DNA of 62,916 nucleotides, counting the filler, from Saprolegnia diclina VS20 (lineage: Eukaryota): the NCBI RefSeq assembly GCF_000281045.1. It is 6 parts of 3 records of this genome, joined end to end, with 100 filler letters (N's around TTAATTAATTAA, not from the genome) between each part and the next. Parts side by side here need not be neighbours in the genome. Positions count along the whole stretch, not along the records: positions 12,841 to 44,183 come from NW_008246107.1; 5 more parts are not named here. The stretch is one strand, 5' to 3'. How positions within the stretch are numbered: the first letter of the stretch is position 1; every line of letters starts with the position of its first letter. The position numbers and the translations under genes are program-made. This document shows, in pieces, positions 23,277 through 35,263 of this stretch. The notes below the pieces were generated by a model. That model was not told the DNA's origin. It did not search any database and saw only the letters and a list, made by a program, of their open reading frames with translations.

Positions 23277-25269
23277 TTAGGACGCGCGCGGCAGGTCGCA
23301 GGCGCCACACGTCGTCGCCGTCGTCGCGTTGATGAGCGTACACGCCCCGCAGAGCCACGGTACCCGCCGTTCAAACTCGAGCGTCACGGGCTCGGACGTC
23401 GTAATCAGCTCCTCCATGATTTGGTACAACGTCTTGACGTGCACGTCCGCGTCGTTGAGCCGCAGCAGGCGGTCTCGTAGGGCGATCGCACCGCACGCTT
23501 CAGCCGGGAGCGCCTCGCCGGCGGCGTTCTTCTCGAGCGCCGAGACGTACACTTCCGAGTCTTTCTTTGCAAGGACGAGACCGAGGCCGCCGTCCGTGGC
23601 CGTGAGCTGCACGCGAATGCGCGTCCGCCCCGACTTGGCGTTGGCTTCGGCGCCTTGAAACACGACAAAGTGACGCTGCTTCTTTGGTGACAAGGACAAG
23701 GACGGGGGCGCGGTGGCGGGAACGGACGCGACGACAGCAGGCGACGACGCCTGAAGCATCGGAAGAGTCGTAGGAGTCTTAAATGGCGACGACGACGACG
23801 TGCTTGTCGATTGGCTTGGCGACATCTACGCGATGATTCGTTGGATTCGTGTAGAGAGCAATGGCGCACCGGTGGTATCCGATTTGGGGACGACGGGCGA
23901 GAGATATCGAGCGCAATATCAAGCGCATCTAACGCATCGATGGTCTCGAGCGTCGGAAGGTGCGGCGCCAGGTCCACAAGGTCCTCAATGCGCGTGGAAA
24001 AGGCTGTTGCTGGGAGCGTCGGCCGCGTCGCTGGGGAACTCGGCGGCGATCGTACGTCGACGTCGACGCTGCTCTTGCGGTGGTGCACAACCTCGGCGAG
24101 CGATTCGAGTTCCTCGTATTTGAGCGTCTCTTTCTCCCAAAAGAGAATGGTCGGCTGGTAACAACCCCGCTCAATTCGCTGCCGCACATCGTGCCACGTA
24201 CCCACCTAAGATTTGTATCAGATCGCGATTTCGTAATCGTCTCAGCACGTACCGTGCGCACGGTCTTGTCGTCAAAGAGGTACCACGCGCGGTCGCCCGA
24301 CTGGGACCGGAAGAAACTCACATAGTGCTGGCCGTAGTAGCACACCATGCCGCGAAACACGTACTGCGCGTCCTCCTTTGGCGCTTCGGCTGCGTCGCCG
24401 CCGAGCTCGAACACGTGGCTCAAGTCGAGCGCGTGCGGAATGACGTTGGCGAACGCCTTGAGCTCCCTCCCGCCCACGCTGTTGGAGGGCCACACGATGC
24501 TGATCGCAAAGACGATTGGAAGCTTGAGCAGCCACCTAAGATGCAGTGTTATGCAGTGTGCACCGACTCTGTCGTACCGCTCGACGCGGCAATGCCCCTT
24601 GCAGCCCGTGGCGTCGGCGTCCGGGCACGACTTGCCCGGACCGTCGTTGAGCAGTGCTTTGAGGACGGACGCGAAGCTTGGCGCATCGGCCTTCCTGCTC
24701 GTAAAGTACGACGTTTCGTCGCCCACGTACTTGTAGAGCTCGGCAAAGTAGACGCGGTACAGCGTGTCCTTCCACATGTCGGGGTCTGACGTTGCGCCGC
24801 AGCTTGCGCAGTGATGGACGTCAAACATGTCGGCCTCGAAGAGCGCGTGCGCAATGCAGCGCGGCTCGCACGTCGTGTCCTTAATCTGCATCGAGGTTGC
24901 GAGATCGCCGCTGCGGCACTGGTCGGCGTGCATGAAGGCGAGGATCGTGTCCAGCGTCTCGGTCGCGTCTGCCATGCGCCCGACTTGGAAGCGCTCGCGG
25001 TACAGGACGTCGAGCGCGATGCGCACGTTGTCGGGCGCGAGTGCGTCCTCGTCGCTGAACTCGTAGAAGGCGAAGATTTCCTTGAGCTCGCAGAGGAGAC
25101 AAGCCTCGCCGAGGCCGTGCACGTGGTCGCTCGTCGAGATGAGTACGCGGAAGCTGTCGAGGTGCCAGAGCGACTGGATGATGACATTGAGGAAGCAGTT
25201 GTTCTGGCCCGCGTAGTTGGTTAGGCCCTTGTGCAGCGACGCGTGCTTGAGCAGCGCGGCCCGGTCCAT
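23277..25269 (-). CDS. USP53/USP54-like deubiquitinase with C-terminal PDZ and RanBP2/NZF zinc finger
   Basis: Cys box GLTNYAGQNNCFLNVIIQSLWHL and His box GMVCYYGQHYVSF...WYLFDD. A 44-nt intron joins in frame to a PDZ domain (GGLGLVL...DRLLRLN) and WLCGACTLIN.....CGAC. Confidence 0.85.
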
Positions 25270-25442
25270 CGCTCCGCCTCGCCGTAACTCCACGTTTCGA
25301 AGCGCCAGCGCACGTTATAACACCGTGACTTACACGGTTCAGAGAAGTCTAACACGGACCGCCAAACGTAACCGGACAAGACGCCCTTCTGCTGCGCGCT
25401 TTTCATTTGTACAATAACGTCCATAATAGTTACGCCTACTCG

Positions 25443-27734
25443 TTACTCTAACCAAAACCCCGTGATCTCCATGTTGATGACGAGCGTCAGGTACTTTGCA
25501 AGCTCGTCTTGGCTCGTATACAGCGGCAAGTCGATGCGGTTGAAGCACGTGTGGCCCTTGGGCATTAAGCCCGTTGGCGGCGGGCCGCGGTTGACCATCT
25601 GAATAGTGAACCGACGCACGCGGCCGTCCGACGACGTCAGCGCCTTGAAGCCTTGCACGGGCACCTGCACAACGTTATAAGTCCTCAATGCCCCGAGAAG
25701 AAGTCGACGTACGCGGGATGTGCCCGTGGCAAACTGCAGAAGACGCGCACGCTCTTCGCCCGAGAAGCTCTGCACCACGCTCCAGAACCAGTTGACGACC
25801 GCTGTTTCCGTCGGCGTCGGCTGCTCGAGCTTGACCCAACGCACCTCGCTGTACGCGCGCCAGTCGCCGCAGTCAATGTCGGGGATACCGGAGAGGAGCA
25901 GGTCAAACTCTTGGTAGTCGAAGACCGAGATGAGGAAGAGCGGGACGATTTCGTAAAAGCCCTTGAGAAAGGCCGCGAGCTGCGTCGACATGCTCTCAAA
26001 CATGTAGTGCTTGAAGAGCAGGTCGAGGTACTCGGCCTTGTTGTCGTCCGTCACTGGAATGTCGGCGCCGTTGGGCTTCAGGTCCACGGTCGCGTACTTG
26101 CCGTCGGGCGTGACGACCGAGACGGTAAAGTCGAGAGATAGCAGCTCGGCTTGGTCGTTCTTCTTGAGCCAGCGGCAGTTGCGGTACAGCTCTTCGTCGA
26201 GAAACTCGAGGTCTGAGAATGAAATGGGCACGCCGAGCATGTGCTTGATGAGCGGCAGCGCCAGAGACATCTTGACGTTGAAGCCCTCGATAAGCGCCTT
26301 CCCGATGAGCCGGCCCACAAACTCGTAGTAGAGTAGGTGGTCCTCGCCGCGGATCGACTTGGACGCGGGGTTGATCCAGTACGCGAGGTTGGCCCCCTTG
26401 GTCGCCGTGAAGAGACCCATCTCTTCGCTAAAGAGCTTGTCGCTAAGGAGCTCGTACCACTCGCGGATGAGGCCGCCAGCGTCCAGGCCTGGTTCGTTCT
26501 CAAAGAAGATGCGGAGGCGCTCCCAGAAGCGCGACGCGGGGCACTTGAGCATCTGCTCCATCGAGTCCTCAATGAGGTGGTCGCGTCGCACCACTACACA
26601 CGTAGATGTTAGTACATCAGACCAGACACGGGACGCACCAAACTGGATGTGGCCTTCGTCGTACTTGCGCCAGCGCTTCTGGACTTGCTCGAGAAACCAC
26701 CGGTTCTTCTCCTGGAAGGTGAGCGCCGCAATCTCTTCGAGGTCGTCTTCGCAGTCGAGCTGGCGCGACTCGCCAACGGCCACGGCCGTCGCAGGTGCAA
26801 ACTCCATGCCGCCGTCCGCGTTTTCATGCCGGACGTACCCCGTCGACAAGGTTGTAAAGTTGTTGCGACGGTCCTCTTCCGAGACAACGGGGAGCTGGAG
26901 CTGGCCCTTGCCGTAGCCAAACCCGCCAAGGAAGTCGGGCATGACACCGCTGTGAAACATACTCGTGCGCTCCTCGGCCTCTTCAAGCTGCTTGAGCGCC
27001 GTTGCTCGAAGCGGCCGGAAAGGCGTCGTGCCTGTCTCGTCGTCGTAGCCGAGGTCGCGCATCGCCAGCGCGACGTGCGCCTCGTACGGGTCGTGCCCCT
27101 CGACCGACGAGCCCGTGTTGGAGATCGGGCTCATGATGTCAATCTCGTGGTGGTTGGGGTCCATAAGCTCCATGTCAACCGTGCTTTCGCGCGTCGGGTC
27201 GTTCTCGTCGGCGTCGATGCGCACCCAGTGCATCTGGCCGTCCGGGCCCTTCTTCCGGCGCCAGAGGTGACGGCGCATCGCTGCTTTTTGGCGCGCAGTT
27301 AGGTTCATCTGCTTGAGGCGCCGTACGTGGAAGGATCGGATTCGGCTTTGCTGGTCGAGGACCGTGGACTTGGACCGGTTGAGCTCGGGGCGTACAAAGT
27401 CCGACTTGCGCAAGCCAGATGGGCGAGGCATGTTGGGCGCAATGACGACCTGCGGCGTACCGCACATGACGCACTCCTTCTTGCTCGGGTGGTTGTCGTG
27501 GAAGCAAATGGAACACGGCCACTCTTCCTCGCCACGCGCCACGAACGTGTCGATGAGGTCCTGGCGCAGCATGTTGTTGTTGCGGTTGTCGTTCTGGAGG
27601 AAGCGCTCAATGCGCTTGGCGTAATTCCAGTAGTAGACGATGGCGCCGATAAGAAGCAGAAGCGCGAGACCCAGGAGCCCATACACGACGCCGGCCATCG
27701 TCGGGCTCAACTCCATGCCAAAGAGAATGGCCAT
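25443..27734 (-). CDS. Membrane-anchored HECT E3 ubiquitin ligase with RanBP2-type zinc finger
   Basis: N-terminal TM (GVVYGLLGLALLLLIGAIVYYW), WPCSICFHDN.....CVMCG and a HECT domain (EPGLDAGGLIREW, RLLQFATGTSR, PKGHTCFNRIDLP with the catalytic Cys). Two in-frame introns. Confidence 0.93.
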   Translation of the reverse strand: MAILFGMELSPTMAGVVYGLLGLALLLLIGAIVYYWNYAKRIERFLQNDNRNNNMLRQDLIDTFVARGEEEWPCSICFHDNHPSKKECVMCGTPQVVIAPNMPRPSGLRKSDFVRPELNRSKSTVLDQQSRIRSFHVRRLKQMNLTARQKAAMRRHLWRRKKGPDGQMHWVRIDADENDPTRESTVDMELMDPNHHEIDIMSPISNTGSSVEGHDPYEAHVALAMRDLGYDDETGTTPFRPLRATALKQLEEAEERTSMFHSGVMPDFLGGFGYGKGQLQLPVVSEEDRRNNFTTLSTGYVRHENADGGMEFAPATAVAVGESRQLDCEDDLEEIAALTFQEKNRWFLEQVQKRWRKYDEGHIQFGASRVWSDVLTSTCVVVRRDHLIEDSMEQMLKCPASRFWERLRIFFENEPGLDAGGLIREWYELLSDKLFSEEMGLFTATKGANLAYWINPASKSIRGEDHLLYYEFVGRLIGKALIEGFNVKMSLALPLIKHMLGVPISFSDLEFLDEELYRNCRWLKKNDQAELLSLDFTVSVVTPDGKYATVDLKPNGADIPVTDDNKAEYLDLLFKHYMFESMSTQLAAFLKGFYEIVPLFLISVFDYQEFDLLLSGIPDIDCGDWRAYSEVRWVKLEQPTPTETAVVNWFWSVVQSFSGEERARLLQFATGTSRVRRLLLGALRTYNVVQVPVQGFKALTSSDGRVRRFTIQMVNRGPPPTGLMPKGHTCFNRIDLPLYTSQDELAKYLTLVINMEITGFWLE

Positions 27735-28155
27735 GCTGCTGGGTTCGATTGCTTCCAACTTGACTTGTGCACGCTCGACCCGACCCGGTGGCCGGATACC
27801 CGTCTCTTGCACTTTGTATTCGTATCCGGACGCGACCATTACCCACAATGGAATCATCCGGATACAGTCCGGACGCGGTCAGCTCGACGATAAAACCCGG
27901 TTCTTGTACGCATTTTTCTACCACTATTTTGTATTGCGGTAGTGGCGACCGACGCTAAAACCATGCGCTTCGGTCGCCGACCTCGCAGCAGGTTCAGTGC
28001 GATCAGACTCTTCTTACGAGCGCACGTTCGACGGACCTTCACACACGCACCATGGGACGCGCTTGGAGGCGGAGATGATGACGAAGGTTTATGCGTTGTG
28101 AAAGGTCGAGATCAACTGTTGGAGGTTGGCGTGGCGTCCTCGAAATTTTGCGCCG

Positions 28156-28245
28156 ATTGGCAAGATCATCGCGCCGTGATTGGTGCCACGGCGCCGCTGC
28201 ACGTTGATTGGCTGTATCGCAGCGTGACATATGGGCGCAGCCAAT
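28156..28245. promoter_or_regulatory. Cluster of four CCAAT boxes in the divergent promoter of the HECT and PH genes
   Basis: ATTGG at 28156, 28179 and 28207, and CCAAT at 28241, spaced about 25-35 bp apart. Confidence 0.6.
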
Positions 28246-28282
28246 GGCAAGTGGCGAAGTCCATTTCGGCGGATCGAGAGCG

Positions 28283-29341
28283 ATGAGCACAATGCGCCGG
28301 GCGTCGGTGACGGACCAGGCGCCGGTGACGGACGGCGTCCTACGCCTCGGACGCATCTGCCACTCGTACACGCGCCGCAGCGGCGACAACAACAATGACA
28401 TCGTCTTGCACACGGGCCGGCTCATGGAAAACACGGCGAACCAGTCGATCCTCTCGCACCTCCTCGCCAAGAAGCGCGTCGAGCCGCCGTACATTGACAC
28501 GAAGCGCGCGCGCATGGGCTGGCTCACCAAGCGCGTATGTTGTGGATGCGAGATACATGTAGACGATCAGATCTTAGGGCGCGTGGGTCAAGAGCTGGAA
28601 GAGTCGCTGGTGCGTCCTGTACAATGGCTTTGTCTACTACTACAAGGCGCCCGAAGACGTCAACCAGTCGCGCATGTGCCTTGGTGTAATCGATCTCATG
28701 GTCCGTTATCTCCGTCCCACGCGGTTCTGCATGGATGTGTTGGTAGGGCGCGACGGTCGAAGTCTGCGACCAATACAAAGCCGAGCTCACCGACATCCCG
28801 TACAACTCGTTCGTCTTCAAGATCGACCAAGTCGCGACGGAGAGCAGAACCTTTTACTTTATCGTACAAGTACCCAGCAGTCGGCTCGTGTCCACGGGTA
28901 TTTCTAGGCGCCAACGACGCGGGACCTCGAAGAGTGGATCGCGGGTTGCCAACTGGACACGTGGCAACCGCACTGGTGCACGCTGCACAACGGCGTGCTC
29001 TCGTACTACATGGGCACGGATCGCATGGCGCCGCTGCGCCTCGGCGTCGTGTACCTCACGGTGCGCTATGCTACTCGATGTGTATCGTCTCATGTGTCGC
29101 TAGCGCTGCCTCATCGAAGACGTCGCGCCCGACGAAGTGCGCTACATGAACAGTCCGGCCACTACCTTCAAGCTCACACAGCTCAAGCCCGAGGAGCGCA
29201 CCTACTACTTTTCGGTATGTCTACATTCTGAGCGTCTGTATCATGGATGCCGTGTAGACAGACTCGGAGGCCGAATTCGATATGTGGATGCAAGGTCTGC
29301 GTGCGGCGTCGCAAGCCATCACCGACCGCTGTAGCATGTAG
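28283..29341 (+). CDS. Tandem PH-domain protein
   Basis: GWLTKR-GRVVKSWKSRWCVL...YYYK...LGVIDL...EEWI, then WCTLHNGVLSYY...GVVYL...RTYYFS...DMWMQGLR. Many short introns. Confidence 0.82.
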
Positions 29342-29344
29342 GGA

Positions 29345-30301
29345 CAAGACGAGTAATTTATGTAATCGGTGATCGCTTCTTTTCGGCTCTTCGTACACAG
29401 AAGTGCGCGGATGGTAGAATGGATACACTACGCCGCACTTGCGTCCACGCGCTCCGGTATCCAAAAGCAACAGCCAGAGCACTTGTCCAGCATTCGCCCC
29501 CAGGATACCGTGAACATCCTCGGGCTTGAGAATAGAACGAGTCTCGGCGATGATTGCTACGAAGAAGTCCGTAAAGAGCTCGTGATTGTGGTATTCACGC
29601 AATACGGCTTGGCCTGGGTTAATATACAATGAAGCGCCGATGTCAAGTCGTAGTATCTTAGGCGCTGTCTTTTGCCTCGTGCCGCAGGTTACGGATGATG
29701 ACTCGCTACGACGGTGCGTCGTGCCATTTCAAATCAACGCACGCGATGCGCCGACCAGGCACCCACAGCAATTACTTGCGCATGGTTCGATGTGTGAAGA
29801 CATGTGTCTTGAACGGACAGACCAGGGCCACATGGGTGGAAGTTGCTTCCACATCTTCCCGGCACCACCATCGCACAGATACAGTCTGGACCTCCACGTC
29901 CAAGTTCATACGTACAAGCGTGTGAGGAGACTCCGGTAATACGAGGAGCAATTTACACTGCACTGGGAATGCGATCAAGGTACTCGAAACAGAATTGACA
30001 AACCAAGATACTTTTGCACTGGCTAGTCGTAGAGCAGACGTTTACGTACACACGATGATGCTTCTTCCTTTGCACTCTGTATCCTACTGCGGTGTCATCG
30101 CTTTTCGCATACTGCCTCCCACGGTGAATGCGATCGTGCAATCTTCTGTGAAAAATAAACATCAAGTCGCGGCTGGGAGCACTGCAATGTACAAACCGAA
30201 GGTGACAGGCCCGCGCGTTCTGCGTGTGTGCACTGGACGACGAGGACCTTGCGATTAGCAGCGTGACGAGTCATTTCGGCGCTGCGCACGGCGCGAACCA
30301 T
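29345..30301 (-). CDS. Probable multi-exon hypothetical gene
   Basis: Coding-like fragments (e.g. VLREYHNHELFTDFFVAIIAETRSILKPEDVHG) alternate with GT-AG intron-like segments. Exon structure not resolved. Confidence 0.35.
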
Positions 30302-31149
30302 ACGCCAGTCGGCAAGCAAGATCGGAAAAATAAGGTCGACTAAAAGTAGAGTGGTACGAATTACACACCGCGCCACGTGGCACGCCGTGTGACTAGCGTG
30401 TCAAGGCACGGATGATTTGGTCCAAAAACGCACTGCGTTGGCGCCGGCGCGCCGCTATGCACACATCCAGCAGGGCATCGTACTACTGACCCGCGTCGAC
30501 CGCGACTTTCCGTTGCTGCAGGAGACGAGCTGTCCACCCATTAGCACCGTATCCCAACCAAGTGATGGCGACACACATTGAATGGCTGAGGACATATCTA
30601 CTCGTTCTTCGTCGGCAGCCGCCGTACGTTCATGTTGTGTGTAGTGCTCTCGTAATGTCTAAGCCTATGCAGTGTCATCCCGTCGGCTGAGATGTGGCTG
30701 AGATTTGACTTGGATCTATTATAATGGGAGAAAAGAATGAGGCAAAGACGTCGTCGTCGTGGCAACATGTGGTGCTCAGATCAACAAACGCACGGCCGTA
30801 CAAGCACTGCTTGAGGACCACTGCGCAGATGCTCGGAGACGGTGATCACGGAGGACGACAAGCTTTCATGCTCGAGAAGGCATATCGCGCTGCTGTAGCC
30901 TCTCAAGCTATGGCGCAGAGGCGGTCAAGTTGTCCGTGGAAACATCTCTTGTGGTAAATGTTCTGTGTGCAGCGCCAATGCCACGTCAGACGCGGTGCGG
31001 CTGCAGATGGTGCGGCGTGGCATCAACATGCGGTGAATCTTGATGATGATCAAGGCACCTGCCAGCGGCAGGCATCACGGCCACTCGGACCATCTGGTGC
31101 GCAATTCGAACGGGAGGACACTCCACTTACAAATTTGCCAGCCTCCGCC

Positions 31150-31674
31150 ATGGTCTTCCTCACGATCGACCGCGCCATGCGCCTGTGCCATGTCGCCCAC
31201 TGCGCTCGGTACGCCAAGAGCGACAGTCTCTGTTTGATCCACGCCAAGCTCCAAAAGCCCAGGTGGACCGAGAAGCCTGCGCAGACCATGTCCATCGAAA
31301 TGCTCACCCACTCGAACGAGTCGTCGGCGTCGTCCGTCTCTGGCAGCGAGCGCCGTTCAAAAAAGAACCGTTGGTGCTCGATCGCAGACTGTGAGCAGCT
31401 CGCGCGCATCGACGGTCTCTGCACGCGCCACAACATGCAGCTCAGCAGCAAGAAGCGCAAGTGCGTCATTGTCTCTTGCAACTCGTACGCGAGGACGCGC
31501 GGTCTCTGCACTCGCCACGGTGGGGGCAACGTTTGCCGCTTCCATGGCTGCAAAACTTCGGCGCAGTCGGGTGGCTTGTGCCGGCTACACGGCGGTGGCC
31601 CGCGCTGCAAGCACCCTGATTGCGACCAATTCAGCAAAGCGGGTGGCCTCTGTGGCTTCCACGCCCCCGTTTGA
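31150..31674 (+). CDS. WRKY19-like Cys/His repeat protein (C-x4-C...GLC..HGGG)
   Basis: Repeats C....C...AR..GLC..HGGG are typical of the oomycete-expanded family. Confidence 0.85.
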   Translation: MVFLTIDRAMRLCHVAHCARYAKSDSLCLIHAKLQKPRWTEKPAQTMSIEMLTHSNESSASSVSGSERRSKKNRWCSIADCEQLARIDGLCTRHNMQLSSKKRKCVIVSCNSYARTRGLCTRHGGGNVCRFHGCKTSAQSGGLCRLHGGGPRCKHPDCDQFSKAGGLCGFHAPV

Positions 31675-34600
31675 TAATGCGCTCCCCACTAAATGTTGTA
31701 AATTATACTGCGTATCTGTTTGTTCATTTCGCCTAGTGCTCTGGTATTCGCTTGTTCAAACATTCAAGTTGTGCTCACCATAGCCGATATCGGGAAAACG
31801 GGTTGGTGTTGCACGTCTATAGTTTTGTGCGCCACGCCGTGGATGTATGCAAGCACTATCCCCTATACAAATATACTCCATTGAACGTAGCTGATCCACG
31901 CCGCATCAAGTGCGAGTCACCCTACGTGGAGCAAACGAAGAAGATGAAGAAGCGCACAGAGTGGAAGGGAGAGAAGCAAGGCTCCCGTGGGTGGTGAATC
32001 AGACGACGAGCGCTTGTGCTTTTGCAAGCGCATGTCTCCTGCACGCATGTGTGGACCTGGATCTCTGGGCAAATATTTTGCGAAAAACCCCTTTCTTTGC
32101 TACCAACAGCCCTGGTCCGCGCCCACTTTGCCGAGGCTGACATGGACGGTACAAGGACCATGGAGGACAGCAGCAAACATGTGAGTTTGGTGCTCGACTC
32201 GTTCTGCAAGACACTGCGAAAGGTGTGAACGATACGAAGCTTCAAGTTATGATTTTAACTCGTTTCAACAACAACGAAGCTTCAAGAACCGCGAGGGGCG
32301 TGGGTATTACGGCCTACTAGTACGTTCGAATGCACCGTGGTAGGTTCGCGTCCGCGTTAGTATCAGGATGCTTGAGGATGCTTAGTAGTTGTGAAGAGAC
32401 GACCGTCCGCCAGCTGTTCAACGCACCGGAGGGAGAAGGGAGGGACAGCGACAGATTACATTTTCAGGCGGTCGTTTAGTCAATCTCGCCCAGCATCTAC
32501 ATACACTGTACCGGTGCCTCAATGATGCTATTCGTAAAGAACAGTGCATTGTCGCTGGGATTGGCACGTTGCATTTGAGTGCTTACCAAATACCGACGGA
32601 ATCAGCGCTCGTCGGACTCCCACGTCAACGCTGAGAAGCGGGTAGAAGCTTGGACAGTGTCGCGATCGAAGTTTGCTTGTGACCAACCTGGCGAACCTGG
32701 CGTCGCGATGTGTATTTGGGTCGCAATTGCAAATCCGAACGCCAACAAATCAGACACACGCAGGATTCTGTCGGAAAGGCGCTGACGCCGTAAATCGTAT
32801 GCCCCGTGATCACTCGTGTCGCCAGGGGTGGGCGCTGGACTTCGTCCACGGACGACGGTCTTTGAATGCATATACACGTCCTCGCGGAACATATCCAAGC
32901 GGTTATCAGGTTTATGCCTTCATGACATGGCTCCTGCTTTGAGCTGCATTATATATCCTTTACTAGTATACAAATGCGTAGTCTAAAACATGCGTTATGC
33001 GACGCCCCTTGGCCACATACTGGTTGCACAAGGGTAGCAGGCCGCCTGCTACACTTGGGCGCCTGCTGCAGGCGTTCCATTCATGTTCTTCGTGCAGTAA
33101 AAGGTGTGGTATGACTGTGCGTCACCGCATGTACATTACGTAGCTCTACTTCGTATCGCTCAAGTCGTCAGCCATAGCAGCACTTCTGCCAACCGTTAAG
33201 CTGATAGTGCAACGTGAATCGCCGCGAGCTCTTTGCTTCGAAACACTTTGCGCGCGCGGTTTCTTTGATGGAAACCACGAAATTGCAAGTGCTTGTGGAC
33301 CCGAATAGCATCAGCGAAGAGAAAGCACAAACAGGTCCCGTGCGGGGTGGGCTCGTAGGAATTGTTTGTCTTGACTGTCAATGCTAGGCATTAGATATTT
33401 GTCTTGTAAAGGAGCTCGAATGGTTGGCATTGGGTGACGACTTTCATTAAAGGCAGTTCCACCGCCTTCTATTTCACCCGAACGCGCTCGCCGCTCTAAA
33501 AGCCCTGTGACCGCGTCCCGCTGAGCGAGGTCGTTACTCATCAGCGCTGGCGCCTGCTGGGCCACGTCGGAAAAAAGCTGCCCTAGCCAACGCTAGAGCA
33601 GTTTTTTTTAATCTTATCTTGGTCCGAGGTGCCCGCTTTTTAGGTCGGATAATATTCTTGTTGCCGATCGTTCTGCACCGTGACCGCAAGTCGCTGGCGT
33701 CCATCGAGAATCTAAAACTGCATAGGTTTGCTCCCGGTCGTGATGCCAGGAAAGACTCCATAGATCATGTCGCCATGGACCACCTCGCGCCCGCGGCAAC
33801 GACAGAAGAGCAAAACGAACCCCGTGCCCCACCTGCACAGCTACAGCCCGGTGAGCTACTGAAGAAGTAGAGACTGCTAGTCTCCACGCACTAGTCTCAA
33901 CGTATGCGAAGTCTGAATCATCGATACCAAACACGTTCACAGATATAAAAGGGCTCGAACACTACCGAGAGCAACACGAGCATTGGCCTAAACAAAAGTC
34001 ATTTGGGTCCTGGGTTTTGTTTTGCACTTCATTTTGCCTGTCCAAACTTCTTGGGTATCTGTGGCGTGAGTGGGCAACAGTTACCTAGTCGAAAGGAATG
34101 GCTGCTCTGAGCTCGAGCAAAGCAGTCTATTATAGCGGCGCAAAAAGGTCACATTTCCCGGTCCGATGAGGTTACATCCTTGACAAAAATTCTGCTATCG
34201 CCCACCATGGCGGTCTTCAAGCGTACTACTAGTAGCAGTACCCTTGTTGACGGTGATGCTATATTAGCACCATGACCTTGGTCGGCCCCAGCAAGAGTTC
34301 GTGCTTATGCACAGTAAACTCGGTCCGCATCGACAAGCTGTAGCATTCCAAGTCTGCCAAATGTGTCGGAATCTGGCTGCCTCGCTGTCCGTGCCGGATC
34401 CCGTGGGAGCTCCATTTACATGTAATCATTGGCTTGCATAGATGTCGAGGCGTATCTGTCTGTCTGGCGCAACCCTATGGCAACGGAACGCGTGGACGCC
34501 ATTACGCGACATGTCGCAGCGCGCCGCGGCCCTCCATGGACAGCACCAGGAAGTTTAGTTTACTCATGAAAAGCGCTCAGTCCTGCCGTGTCTAACACAC

Positions 34601-34720
34601 TGCGGTGCATGTAGCGTTGACAAAACATAACCTCGGACGCCTCGACGTTCAGCGGACTTCTATGCAATGGTGAACGAATTAAATTACGAGAGCAACAGCC
34701 AACTAAACTAGAACAACGGA

Positions 34721-35263
34721 CTAGCCGTTTGTATTGGTTCTCTGGGGCATGTGTTGGCCGCAGAAGCCGCCGACACGCGCAAAGTGGTTACAATTGTCGT
34801 GCTTGCAGCGGGAACCACCGCCGTGGGTTCGACAGACGCCACCGCTTTGGGCCACTGTTTTGCAGCCGTCGACAGAGCACAGCTTTCCGCCGCCGTGACG
34901 CGTGCACAGACCACGGGTTCGTGCGTAGGATGTGCAGTTGTCAACGCTGCACTTGCGCTTCTGGCTGCTGAGCTGCATGTTGTGGCGCGTGCAGAGGCCG
35001 TCGATACGTGCTAGTTGCTGGCAGTCGTTGATCGCACACCAGCGCGACCGCCCACGGCGTCCCGAAGCGCTCGTTGCCGGACTCGTGATAGCGTCGAGGG
35101 ACATCATCGCATGCGACCGCGGTGGCGACGCCGACGCGCTGCGGGTGGAGCGCTCGTACTTGTGGCCAGCATGCAAGAGGCAAACGCCCATGAATTTGGC
35201 AAACCGGTCACAGTGAGGTACGCGACAGCTCGTCATGACATCGTCGGTATCCTGCGTCGCCAT
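34721..35263 (-). CDS. WRKY19-like Cys/His repeat protein, paralog of 31150..31674
   Basis: Shares QLARIDGLCTRHNMQLSS.KRKC and SYARTRGLCTRHGGG with the upstream paralog. Confidence 0.85.
   Translation of the reverse strand: MATQDTDDVMTSCRVPHCDRFAKFMGVCLLHAGHKYERSTRSASASPPRSHAMMSLDAITSPATSASGRRGRSRWCAINDCQQLARIDGLCTRHNMQLSSQKRKCSVDNCTSYARTRGLCTRHGGGKLCSVDGCKTVAQSGGVCRTHGGGSRCKHDNCNHFARVGGFCGQHMPQRTNTNG

Noticed and set aside
31700..34700. Possible gene or TE relics between the WRKY19-like paralogs (IQ-like LQFRGFHQRNRARK; 13-bp direct repeat near 32234/32274)
   Set aside because: Fragments are short and stop-interrupted with no TIR/LTR or consistent exon chain.
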